The notes below the pieces were generated by a model. It was not told where the DNA came from. It saw nothing but the letters and a program-made list of their open reading frames with translations, and made no database searches. 64,000 nucleotides of DNA from Dicyema japonicum. Taxonomy: Eukaryota > Animalia > Dicyemida. Shown piece by piece: positions 51,788 to 63,726 of the stretch. The stretch lies in contig RDEW01000022.1 of the NCBI GenBank assembly GCA_011109175.1, positions 766,273-830,272 on the forward strand. The letters run 5' to 3'. The first letter of the stretch is position 1. Each line of letters starts with the position of its first letter. The position numbers and the translations under genes were made by a program.

Positions 51788-52375
51788 TTATATAATTAAA
51801 TAACTTTCGGCGGTTAAAAATAAAATAATCATAACAGTTATGAGCAAACAGCCACCACCCAATGAGGCACCACCAGAACAACCAACAACGTTGTAGTACT
51901 TACTTTTCACGCGGTATTTATTTCCATAGACTCCGTAGATTTTGTGTTCCAGACGAGCAGGTCTAGCCCATGTGTTAGATTTATTGTATGAATAACTCTG
52001 ATAATATTCTCCAGGCCTTGTCCACGTGTTCGGTCTACAGTATGGAGAATATTCTCTGCGACGGACAAATTTTGAGGTTCCGTTACTCCTTCGATAAGGA
52101 GGGTGAACTGCTGAAAGATGTGAGTCGTACTCGTGCCTGGTCTCCTCGTATATGAGTGTGTCGTAGGCAGCTTTCAATTTAATGAATTTACCAGAGTCCG
52201 TTGAGAGCCCTGATTGAATATCTGGATGATAGAGCTTGCTCTTCCTTATGTAGGCCATTCTTATTTCCTCCTTTTTGGCGGATCTTTCCACCCCCAACAC
52301 TTTATAATGACAACAAAATGTTCTTTCGATTGTTATTGAAAGTTGAATTAAATTTTCAAAAATCATCAAACACAT
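51788..52375 (-). CDS. DnaJ (J-domain) protein with C-terminal TM helix, intronless
   Basis: HYKVLGV..A..EEI..AY...SK.YHPD..F..L..AYDTL..R..YD followed by a hydrophobic C-terminus. Confidence 0.85.
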   Translation of the reverse strand: MCLMIFENLIQLSITIERTFCCHYKVLGVERSAKKEEIRMAYIRKSKLYHPDIQSGLSTDSGKFIKLKAAYDTLIYEETRHEYDSHLSAVHPPYRRSNGTSKFVRRREYSPYCRPNTWTRPGEYYQSYSYNKSNTWARPARLEHKIYGVYGNKYRVKSKYYNVVGCSGGASLGGGCLLITVMIILFLTAESYLII

Positions 52376-52445
52376 AAACTTTTAATTTAAATTAAATATA
52401 TAATTTTTTTAATTAAATATTAATTCATAATTCATATTTTAATAA

Positions 52446-52765
52446 GCCGCATGGCGCCATGTTGTGCTTCGTGGCTAATTGGTTGAAGTTCTGTATGATC
52501 GTCTGTTCCTCCTCTCTCTTCCTATTAGAGTGCCGTCATGTGTACCACCTGTCTAGGTGACGCCCAGTGCCAGGCCGGCACGAAAAAGGATCATTTGCTC
52601 TCCCCCAATCCACTGGAGGGGTTTCCATAACTGCATGTAATGGACGTCCTACCTTTTATGCTGATTCCGGATGGACTCTGTTTCTGTAGAAGTGGAAACT
52701 GGATACACTTAATTAGTTGTTTACTTTAACTTCTCTCTCAGTGTATCCGGGGTTAATAAATAATT
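52446..52765 (+). mobile_element. Structured SINE-like element, copy A (full length, ~320 bp)
   Basis: Non-coding; 5' palindrome, A-box-like TGGCTAATTGG, pseudoknot region, core CCACTGGAGGGG, terminal GGATACAC/GTGTATCC stem and A-rich tail; at least 5 relatives in the window. Confidence 0.85.
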
Positions 52766-53039
52766 AAATATAAAAGTCCGTTTCTCTAGATCAGCGGTGA
52801 AACCACCTTAACCTTTAAACATCATCTCAGTAGTATGGAAGGCAGGAAACCATTTAGTCTTGAACTCTATCTACAAGCATTTCGTCGAAGCATGCATATA
52901 TGTGTGCTTCCTGGGGTTCGTTTATCTCTTGACAAATTCCATGAAAATCGAAGCTAGCCAAAAAGGGCTTCTAAGATTACTTTGAGGAGTGTCTGAGATT
53001 CTTGTGGATTTTATGATCCTTTAATAGGATTTTACTTTC

Positions 53040-53950
53040 TTGCAACGAGTGCCGGGAAAGAGTCCTGATGGATCCTAGTTAGAATCCAGCTGCTGTACAT
53101 TTCGGTTGAAGGTTCCACGAATATGCGATGCTTTGGCTTGACGGGTGACGCCTTCATCAGTGAATATTTCACTGGGGATCGTCTATAAAGGACATACATG
53201 CAATAAAAAGAAGTGAAGAGTTCTTGGATCTTAAGTTGAGTTATTATAAAGTAAAAACTGCAAATTAAGTGATGGAAACCGACTTCTATCCAAACAGTCT
53301 CCCAAAAAATCAGTAGACACAGGGTCATCTCTGAAGATAAGCATCAGATACTTTAGTGCGAGTTTTGAATTCTCGAATAAGATTTCCGATAGTTCCGCCA
53401 ACCTTGCACGTTTTTCCTTCCAACCAAAGGGAATTGGCATACGAGGATTTATCTCGTAAGCAAGCTTTAGAGCGAAATTACGTTTTCTCAAATTTNCACA
53501 GGGTCATCTCTGAAGATAAGCAAGCATCAGATACTTTAGTGCGTTTTTGAATTCTCGAATAAGATTTCCGATAGTTCTGCCAACCTTGCACGTTTTTCCT
53601 TCCAACCAAAGGGAATTGGCATACGAAGATTTATCTCGTAAGCAAGCTTTAGAGCGAAATTACGTTTTCTCAAATTTTTTGAGGAGCGTTCATAGCTTTT
53701 TTCTATCGTATTTTAGTATATCCCATAAAATTACCCCCCTCGTCAATTAGGAGGCCAAGATATTTTATAGTATTCTTCCGTTTTCTTGTAGCGTGTTTTT
53801 AAGTTAGCCAGCGTACACTTTCAGTTATCCTCACCAGACCATACTTCTCATATGCAACTGAAAGTTTTCATTACATTACTCTTCGATATGGTACATGTAC
53901 GTATTCAATCGTTTTCAGATACCAAAGGGTTTAAAGAGACATCATAAAAT
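53040..53950 (-). mobile_element. Possible Penelope-like element 3' part with hammerhead-like terminal repeat
   Basis: Thumb-like YVHVPY....KLS.AYEKYGL remnant, then CTGATGAAGG...CCGAAATGT in a repeat found three times. Confidence 0.4.
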
Positions 53951-54299
53951 ATGACGTCGGTAAGCCACCCTTCTGAAGATCGCAGAAAAATAGGGAAAGT
54001 CAAACGGTTCTCTTACATGCAGAACATGCACTGAGCGCCACTACAACACCAGGTGAACCTCATGACGGCACGCTACATGTGGACAATTGTCTCCTTGACC
54101 TTACTATGATTAATTGCACAGTAGAGGAGACGGCCAAGATTCTGTCCGCTATCATTCTGAAAGTTGATAAACTATTTATACCTGTCGCCTCTTACAAGAA
54201 GTTCAATTCAAGATTATTATCACAAATTGNTTAATTAGTTAGATTTGACCTATCTTTCCTGGTGGGCTTGGGGTTAAATAAATAAAATTAAAAAAATAT

Positions 54300-55030
54300 G
54301 ACGTCATAAGCGTATATTTTGTATGTGGCTTTTCTGGGGATGGCAGTTCACTCATTACAATGTTGAAAAATAAAGGACTGAGCACTGAACCATGAGTGAC
54401 ATAGTATTAAAAATAACAATTGACTGTCTGTCCGAGAACAAACTTCGTATCCAAAATGAAGTTCCTTTTCAACATCTACTTTCTCAAGACATATAAAAAG
54501 TCATAGATACCACACAGTGTCGAAAGCTTTGGCTATATCAAAGCAGNCTTTCCTGGTGGGCTTGGGGTTAAATAAATAAAATTAAAAAAATATGACGTCA
54601 TAAGCGTATATTCTGTATGTGGCTTTTCTGGGGATGGCAGTTCACTCATTACAATGTTGAAAAATAGAGGACTGAGCACTGAACCATGAGTGACATAGTA
54701 TTAAAAGTAACAATTGACTGTCTGTCCGAGAACAAACTTCGTATCCAAAATGAAGTTCCTTTTCAACATCAAATTTCTCAAGACATATAAGAAGTCATAG
54801 ATACCACACAGTGTCGAAAGCTTTGGCTATATCAAAGCAGACCGTGGTCAAGCATCCTTTAGTTTACAAAGCCTTCATAATCTACGCGTAACACAAACAA
54901 TCTCCCCAAGAGTGATTTTTGCGAAAACCCCACTGAAAGTTTTTTTAATATATCACTATTTTCTATGTGTTCAGTGTCTGCTAAACACAATTTTTTTTAT
55001 AATTTTTGAGATTGTTGGTATAAGGATTAT
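54300..55030 (-). mobile_element. LINE RT fragment, partly duplicated across an N
   Basis: CFDIAKAFDTVW and SVLSPLFFNIVMSELP..YADD-like remnants. Confidence 0.7.
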
Positions 55031-55376
55031 GGGAGACATCCCAAATATTCATAGAGTGCTTCCTTGACCAAACGCATAGCCGTCATGTCCTTTCGATGAG
55101 CATTGTCCGCATTTTCAACTTTAGTGACGTAGAGGTAAAGAACTAATTACTTTTTCCAGCTTTTTTTAGAGAACAAATGGTAGACAGACAGTCAACAGCG
55201 GATAGTAACTTGAACGAAAAGAGCCATTAACCTTTCCCCACCACTTGGGGGTTCCCGTAAAAAACAATGGCGTAATTCGCACATTCCGAAAAGCCATATC
55301 AGTTATCGCTCCCCACAGGCAGAAAGCACACCTTATTTTAAGCAAAAAACAGTTATAATAGCTAATCAAGGAATGC

Positions 55377-55505
55377 TCTTCACTTTTTTGTTTTCTTTTT
55401 CTTGGCTGTATGTCCTATATAGTCGATACGGCGTCACTCGTCAAGCCAAAGCATATTGATGCGTGAAACCTTCAACCGAAATGTTTAGTATCGTGATTCG
55501 AACTA
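55377..55505 (+). repeat. Third copy of the hammerhead-like repeat, CTGATGA core deleted
   Basis: CTCTTCACTT..GTATGTCCTATATAGTCGAT..GGCGTCACTCGTCAAGCCAAAGCAT..AACCTTCAACCGAAATGT. Confidence 0.65.
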
Positions 55506-55619
55506 GCGTCCCACTGCTCCACCAAATGGTGTAATTTGCCTTCATAATTAAAAAAGACTGATTTTAATAATAATTATTAGTTGTGTTAGTTAACCTTAAT
55601 AATTTATAGATAAATGTCA

Positions 55620-56950
55620 GATTCTGGTGGATAATTTCTTTGTATCGAGTCCCTTTCCCACTGAGTGTGCCTAATCTTTCATTATGTCTCTCACTTTTCG
55701 TCCTATGGTTTCCATAGAGGTCAATACGCTAATAATTCCTTGTTTTTCGAAAAGGTCAACAGCCTGGAATCGTTCCTGATTGGCCAAACTGATTGGGGAC
55801 TTAGATAACTCCAGAAATGCCGTATTATAGTTCTCACCAGCCCCAAATATCGTTTTTCCGTTTTTGACTGGCAAACTCTTTCCAGTTATTTTTTCAGCAA
55901 TTCTTGGTTCATAATGTGAGGACCAACTTTACTAAAACCGTTCCATCTTTGAAGACTGAGGTGAAATTATCCATGTCTCCATTCGTCGAGAAAGTCCCAT
56001 CTACGAGGTTTTTTGCCCACTCAAGGACCAATTGAGCTATTCCCGCGTCATACTTCCCCAATTCCTACAAGTCATATAGATTCTCACCTTTTCGTACGAT
56101 TCACGAGTCAAACCATGTTTTTCACTCCTATTCGCCATTTGGTACCAATGTTACGTATTATTCTGTTTAAATATATTTTATGCACATTCATTAATTCCAA
56201 TTTGACTATTCCACAATCTTCAATCAGTTATTATAATAGCCCTTTCAGTATATCTCCCAAGGCATTTTGTTATGTTATTCAATTAAGTCGTGTCCGACCC
56301 CTGGAGATCTCATGAACAAGTTTCCTCTACTCTCCCGATCCGTCGCAGTTTGGAGTAGCCTTTATATAGCATTCCCAAGACATTATAGTAACTAATCGTT
56401 GATAGAAGGGAATATTCTTTAACCTCTTTTTGTTGTGTGAGGCCTTGTTGACGGTTAATGAGGTATTCACGGGGTCACTAGTCAATCCCAGTTTGTTATT
56501 TACATGGTTATTCCTTCTCTGGATTGCAAGGTAATACGCTCGAATAGTCTGCAGTATTTCGATAATGTTCTTTGAGTTGGCTGAAATAGATTTTGGGGGA
56601 ATGTAGAATGAATTTCTGATGGCTCCAAAGGTTTCAAATAAAACTGAGAAGGTATTGAAACTCCCACACTTTTCTACTTTCTCAACGAGTGAACAGGCAG
56701 TTAGGGTTGAAGAAAGTTGTTCGAGAGAAAATGCACGTGACAAAACTGTCTTCCTGTAAGGTTTTATGCCCGAGAGCCCTGCCGGCACTTCTCCCGATGC
56801 TACCCGACCTATTTTCTACACAAACATACAGGGAAGAACACGTGGAGAATGTGAGAGTAACATTAAATACTGGAACACAATCACTCATAAATGTTATTCA
56901 AGTTTTTCCAATGCTAACCATCTTCATTAAAATCATCGTCGGAATCACTT
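55620..56950 (-). mobile_element. Very divergent, decayed RT-like region, possibly Penelope-like
   Basis: Weak colinear remnants: LPCMF..KI..VP..YR, SISANS..IEIL, KHGL..S..RIYM and LVDGTF. Confidence 0.3.
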
Positions 56951-57479
56951 AACTAAGATTTGAACAAGAATTTTTTTGTATATTCGGCGATTCATGTTTC
57001 CTCCCCACACGTTAAAAGAAAAGAAGACGTTTCCATAATAAGGGATATACAGTTTCTAGGAGTAGATATAAAACTCGCCGTCTCCCTACTCTTCATTATC
57101 TTCAGAACGAGGGGCGAAGGGTCACATAAATCAAGAGGTGATAAAGACATTTCACAAATAGAGCTACGACGCCAACTCAGGGAGTTTTTTTCTTAGCTGA
57201 AATGAAAAAAATCCAAGAAAAACAGTGAAACTACACTAACTAATCATGTGATCCCAACTCGTTTGAGTAAAGTCCTCATTTTGGTCCATTGTTCATCCCT
57301 CGAACCCACAAAAACCCTTACTGGATGAAGAATCGAATTAACATCATGTTGACGACAGATACCACGGTTTTCACGAATCAAGGACTTATTAAGTGGCAAT
57401 TCTTTTCAAAAGTCCACCACTCCGTCACTCTGAGCTAAATATGTGGATATCCCATGCAAGAATCCCTTTATTTATTATA

Positions 57480-57935
57480 AGCAAAGACATAATCATATTA
57501 TCTATAATTCCATTCTTGCCGCGTTTGTATGATCCTCGATACTAGTCTCTCCCACTGTCTCCTATTTGATGCCAAACTCACCTTTCCTTAATGATCTGTT
57601 TACTGATCTCAAATCACCATTAAGGACTTCGGGAAGCGTTATACGCGGACGACCTCTGAACTTTCCCCCAGATGTTTAAAAGAATTATTCCATGATGATG
57701 TTTGTTGGCGTATCTGGCTAGAATTAGAATTTGATCAAACAGTTTCCATTGCATCTTCATGACCAGGGTTCTCAGGGGTACAGAAGAGCATCTTTTGTAG
57801 AATGCTTTACTCCTCACACGCATTGGCCACTTTAGTCCCAAGAGAGAACGGAGTTGCTTTCTATGAGAGGAGTCGAGTCTTTCAAGATTAACCATATTCA
57901 AAGGTATACGTAAGGATCGATTTCACGCCACATAC
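57480..57935 (-). mobile_element. RTE LINE 3' fragment
   Basis: RLDSSHRKQLRSLLGLKWP and QWKLF..IL. Confidence 0.75.
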
Positions 57936-58069
57936 AACCTGAGCCAGAGTGACGGGCAGGTTGAAGTGGTGACGTCCCTCTCTTGCATTTATGTCGAATA
58001 CGTGTTTAAATGATTCTTATTGGTTTTCTACTCTCATCTTCAACACCAGGAGCCTTAATTATTATTATT

Positions 58070-59675
58070 TTTATTTAACAACCCCGAAAAGGGAACACCG
58101 AAAAAGAAGGAGTAAACCAACTAATTAAGTGATCCCGGTACGCCTCAACAGAATCGAGAGGTTTTTCCTATGTTCCTCCAGAGAACTCACAGCTTTCCTG
58201 AATAGACGACGATCATCCTTCATTAGAGTTGAACACCGAAAAAGAAGGAGTAAACCAACTAATTAAGTGATCCCGGTACGCCTCAACAGAATCGAGAGGT
58301 TTTTCCTATGTTCCTCCAGAGAACTCACAGCTTTCCTGAATAGACGACGATCATCCTTCATTAGAGTTTAAAAGAGGGGTGGGTTTTTTTTCCAAATTTC
58401 GTGTATTTGAGGCCTATAGCCTTTAATGGAAGAAACTACTTGTTTCTTGACCACACAGACCGATGAAGCCTGAGCCATTATTTTTGAAGCGGCGTGGTCA
58501 AGCATTGGGGGAAAGATCGGGGGTAGATTCGTTAGACGTGCCAGTTTGCCAATTAGGGAATTGATCTTGGTTGAATTTGATATCGAAGCTCCATAGTAGG
58601 CCCATGAGGCACAAGCATACTCTATCGTCGGTTTTATGAGTTGATTGAACAAGACGACAGCGCATTCCTATGACGGCCTGGACTTCAAGAGCGGTTTGAT
58701 TATATTTAGTTTCCTGAGACCCTTTGTCATAACGTTCTTCACATGTTGAGAAAATGTCATCAAAGAGTCAAATGTCACTCCCAGGATAGTTGGACGAATC
58801 TGTAATGGTAAGGAGTCTCCATAAATGTTCAAATCCAATGTATGTTTTTCTTTTCTGTCCTTGGTGAAGATTGTATACGTTGATTTATCCCTGGATATGG
58901 AGAGACGATTCAACTTCAACCAGGCTCCCAGGTCGTCAATATGTGACTGAAGCTCTGATTTTGCTGTACCCACGTATTTGTTCCTGCTAGCGATGATTAG
59001 GTCGTCAGTATAAGTGAGAAGCATTGAATCTGGTCCTCCAGGGCAGGGTAAATCGTTGAGGAATAAGTTGAATAACGCCGGAGAGAGGGGCGATCCTTGA
59101 GGGACGCCATTTGGTAGGAGACGGGACCTCGATCTTGCGTGGCCTATACAGACACGTCCTCTTCTTCCGGAGAGAAAATTGGCTATCCATCTTTTCAAAT
59201 CCGGCTGAATGGTGGTGTCAAAAACCTTTTTCGTGAGTAATGTTCTCGAGACAGAATCAAACGCCTTATGGATATCCAGGGAAACCACTATTGTCCGTAG
59301 ATGGCGTTTCAGTACGTTGAACCCTTTTGATATAAATCGAGACAGTGAAGTCAAATGTGTCGTAGTTGAACGCTCACATTTGAAACCATGTTGAAAGTGG
59401 CAGTCAGGCAAAAAGCGATAATGCGCACGTTAATGAAATTGGGAGATAGGAAGAAGGTAAGGTTTTCGGTTTTCCTGGTTTTAGGATTGGTATTATAAGT
59501 GAGTTCTTCCATTTGCATGAAATGATGTTCATGTTAGAAGACAAATTAAAATTTGACGTAATCGAATTGATTGCAATTTTAGCAAAATTCCAGGAATGCC
59601 GTCAAAACCACACGTATAAGATTTCTTCATCGATCTTATAGCCTGTGTGACCTCGGCATGCGTAAAAAAATTTAA
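58070..59675 (-). mobile_element. Jockey/I/Ingi-like LINE, RT plus 3' UTR with a ~138-bp tandem duplication
   Basis: FQHGF..STTTHL, LDIHKAFDSV, GVPQGSPLSP.LFN, YTDD, LGVTFD..TFSQHV and IEYACASW. Confidence 0.9.
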
Positions 59676-59736
59676 TGGTTCTTTTTGGTGTATTACTACA
59701 CTGAGCGTCACCACAAAAGATGAACCACATGACGCC
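59675..59736 (-). ncRNA. Candidate HDV-topology double-pseudoknot RNA element
   Basis: P1 GGCGUC/GACGCU, P2 GUGGUUC/GAACCAU, P3 AUC/GGU and P4 GUGUA-GUAA-UACAC, followed by C and an A-run; P2 and P4 covary with the SINE-like copies. Confidence 0.55.
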
Positions 59737-59959
59737 ACGTTCTACGTTCCATTTAAATTAAAAAACCAAAAATCACCGACAAATTAAATAACTACATAGC
59801 CGTCAGGAGATTCCCTTTTTTGGAGNTCGGCATGCGTAAAAAAATTGAATGGTTTTTTTTTGGTGTATTACTACACTGAGCGCCACCACAAAAGGTGAAC
59901 CACATGACGCCACGTTCTACGTTCCATTTAAATTAAAAAACTAAAAATCACCGACAAAT

Positions 59960-61600
59960 TAAATAACTACATAGCCGTCAGGAGATTCCCTTTTTTGGAG
60001 GGTAGTAAGGCTCCAGTTTTCCTCAATAATTTCCACAAAAGGTGTAGGGATTAGAGGTTTCCAAGAAAACCTTTTCAAAGCCTTACTGGCCATTTTTTGG
60101 AAGGTATTGATTTTTCTATATTCCCGTTTGATAGGTTGGTTCCCCATCCAGCACACCCGTAAGTTAGAGACGGTTGAATTTACTGAACGTAGAGCGAGTC
60201 CAAATTTGAGTTGAAACACCCATTATATTGTCCATGGAGTGTTTTAACTAAATTTAGCTTTCGTTGTGCCGAAGAGATGACGTTGTCGATGTGTTTGCTG
60301 AAGGTCAAGAGTGGGTCGTAAGTTACGCCCAGTATTTTGACCGAGTTGGTCGTGGGGATTGAGTTTCAATTTATGGTTACACATGGAGCGGAGTTTGTCA
60401 ATCTTCTGTTTGTTGTGAAAATTGTTGTATAAGACTTTTCGGGACTCCTATGTGGAATGTTCCTAACGAGCCAACAGTTCAGATCGTCCAATGAAGCTTG
60501 TATCCGGTAAAGAGCAGTATTAACGCACTGGCTTTTGACTGCGACGATTATATCATCCGCATATGTCAGAATCAGAGTATCGTCACTGGTAAGGGAGGAC
60601 ATATCATTTAAGAATAGGTTGAACAGGTGTGGTGACAGTGGAGATCCTTGAGGGACCCCATTTGAAAGGAACTTGGTCACTGATCTATTTTTTCTAGCAG
60701 TTACTTTTCCTCTTCTTCCATTTAGGAAATTTGCGATCCAGATTTTCAGGTTGTTTGGATTTTTGACGTAAAGATCTTCCTTATCGAAAGCTTTCTTGGG
60801 ACAGTGTCGAAAGCTTTTTCTATATCGATGGACATAACAAAGACTTCTGATGAAGTTTGCGCTTTAGTCCATCATTGATGGAATTTGTAAGGCATGTAAG
60901 ATGCGTTTCTGTGGAGTGTCCTTCTCTGAATCCGTGTTGAAAAGGTGGATCAGGAAGGTATGGTTTGATTAGTTCAAGAATCAGCTTTTCCAAAAGTTTT
61001 GATGTAACACATAGGGGAGATATTGGTCTGTATGAGGACTGATGATCCCATTGGTCGCCCGGGTTTCAGAATAGGTCGTATGTTTGATAGCTTCCATATG
61101 GAAAGAATACAATTTTCGTTGATTGAAAAGTTAAAAATTTTTGTGAGGGCCATGATAGCATAGGGGCCTAGGTTTTTCAGAACTATTGCAGAGATTCCGT
61201 CCGGACCACAGGAATAAGTCGACTTTAGACCCTTGACCATATTCTGTANGGGCCATGATAGCATAGGGGCCTAGGTTTTTCAGAACTATTGCAGAGATTC
61301 CGTCCGGATCATATGAATAAGTCGACTTTAGACCTTTGACCATATTCTGTACGTTCTCCACAAAGAGAACAATTGGGGATGTGGCTCTTTTATGTTTGAG
61401 AGCTAGGATGGATGGACCTTCGAATTTCTTGTGTGGGATGAAACTCGTGGAGGAGTAGTACTTCATAAGTTTGTTTAGGAAGATCTTGTTTTCCATTTCA
61501 TCACGTGTGGCCGGGTTGTCAGCGTCACTAAAGCTTCTAAGTGTTTTCCACATTTTTGTAAGGGAGTTCTGCTTGCTTAAATTAGACATGAGGTTTTCCA
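59960..61600 (-). mobile_element. Second Jockey/Ingi-like LINE family, degenerate
   Basis: KMWKTLRSF, SCGPDGIS, WKLSNI.PILKPG, GVPQGSPLSP, YADD and LGVTYD. Confidence 0.85.
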
Positions 61601-62695
61601 AACTTTCTCTTGTTTCATTTTTAATACATGCTCAAATAGCCTCCACCGGGAATCTACCACATCCTTGCTGATGTACGAACACATACACTTGTTGTAGATA
61701 CCAGTAGTTGATATTCTACGTGGCCACTCCATTCCGAGTAAGCTTCTTAGTTGCCTTCTATGGAACGAATCCAGTTTCAATAGTTCGTTGAAGGAACTTC
61801 CCCATGTCCCAGCGTTGTACAGTAGTATCGGTTTCACAAACGCGTTGTAAAGCCTGCATCTGATGTCAATACCAAGTTTTTTGGCTCTTAGTCATCCTTT
61901 CCTCAGTTTAGCCATTGCCGCACTTGTCAGTGTTTTCCTCCTTAGTACATTTTCAGCTTCTCCTAGTAGAGAGCCGAGCTTATTAGTACATCTCCATCTT
62001 TCATGTCTATGTCTCCTATATAGCATTTACGGAGGCTGCGGAGTGCAGATTCAGAGTATATGGTGAATAGTAAAGGAGAGAAGGAATCACCCTGGAGTGT
62101 CCCAATCGTTGTTTTGAAAATGCGGGAAGTTGCTCCTCACAGATAGTTTTGTGTTCGCAAGTAGTAGTCTGATTATCCTAACCGACAATTCATCCAATAT
62201 TTGCTCAAGCACATTCATCAGTTTCTGTCTGTTTATTGAGTCAAAAACTCTGGAGAGATCTATTCTCAACACGCTCGTTGTGCTCTTGAATCTTTGGTGA
62301 GTTGCACAACGCCATCTATGGCTCCATACAATGTCTGCCATAGACTTCCTTTCTCGGAACCCACTTTGACTTGCTGGTAGGTCAAAGTCGGCCACACCCT
62401 TTATCCGGCTTAGTGCAATGTTTACCAGCACCTTGCTTATCGAGTTCAGAAGTATGATCGGACGGAGATTTTATACTGGTCCTTTTTCTTTGTTCGGTTT
62501 TTGTATGAGGATTAATAATCCATTTCCAAGTCCTAGATCGGTATTAGTTTCAAAGATGGCATTTAGGGTTTTTGCAATTGTGTCGTTAAGTTTTTTGGCC
62601 CATATTTTAAGAGCTCAGGGCTTATGTTGTCTGGCCCAGCACTCTTGTTGTTCTTGAGTTTATTTAGCGCTAATTCCACTTCTTCCACTGTGATT
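61600..62695 (-). mobile_element. RTE LINE RT region
   Basis: SQSGFR..SMAD, IDLS..FDSINR, KPILLYNAGTW and DSFHRRQLR. Confidence 0.85.
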
Positions 62696-63720
62696 TTTTT
62701 ACCCCAAGATCTCCGGATTAGAAAAAGTTAAAAGTTAACTACTAACTAAGTGATCCCGGTTTTCCGGGTTCTGGCTCTCGTTCGTGGTCCTCGAAGATCC
62801 AACAGAATTGGTAGAAACGGAGACGGTCTTATTCACCATAGATTCCCCGCATTTTCTAGATAGTCAGATATAGAGAGTGAAAGCGGACACCCGGTTTTCA
62901 TTGCCCACTGTAGAAATGACTTCACTCTCCACCTTAGATGTTCTTTAACATTCAATACGTTATTCACAGTTTTCTTATTAATTATTTTCAAGGCAGCAAG
63001 TTGTGCGGCTTCTAATTTTTGAGACGACGATTCAGAAATCATCGAGCTCCAGGAAGGACATGTGTATTCGATTACTGGCAGTATGTATTGTCTGTAAATT
63101 TTCTGTAGTAAGAAGGTGTTGCGCCCGATTGGTGATCGGGACAAAATTTTCAATATGTTGGCCCCCCTGACCTTGGTAATAACGTCATTGACGTGTTGGC
63201 CGAATGTCAGGAGAGTATCCAACTTTAATCCTAGTATTGTTGGAGACTTATTCATAGGAATTTCATATCCAAACAATTTGATTTTAGGAGAGTATAATGA
63301 TCTTCTATATGTAGAGAAAATTGTTATAAACGACTTTCCTGTAGAAACTCCCAGTCGATTTGAAATGAGCCAATGTTCCAACATGCCATTATAACTTTGA
63401 AGTTTCATCCCTTCTTACTCATAGTTAGAGTCTCTCGTCGCATGAGAGTATCAATGTATCGGGATCGTCATTGATGGGAAGGTCATTGGTGTACAGGTTG
63501 AAGAGCAGGGGAGAGAGGTGAACCTTGAGGGACACCATTCGGCAATAAACGGGATTTAGATTTTCTGTTGTCTGACATCACTTGTCTTCTTCTTTCATTT
63601 AAAAAGTTCGACAGCCATCTTTTAATGTTTGGATTTATAAGAGTGTCAGAAATTTTCTCTATAAGCAGCGTCCTGGACACGGAGTCGAATGCTTTCTTCA
63701 AGTCTATTGAAGTCATTATG
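62695..63720 (-). mobile_element. Third Jockey/Ingi-like LINE with intact 3' terminal motif
   Basis: IDLKKAFDSV, GVPQGSPLSP, LGLKLD..LTFGQHV and IEYTCPSW; ends GGGATCACTTAGTTAG..CTTGGGGT(A)n. Confidence 0.85.
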
Positions 63721-63726
63721 GTCCTN

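Noticed and set aside
52586-52600. GGATCATTT resembling U3 snoRNA box A
   Set aside because: No other U3 boxes are present; the motif is a pairing arm within a dispersed repeat.
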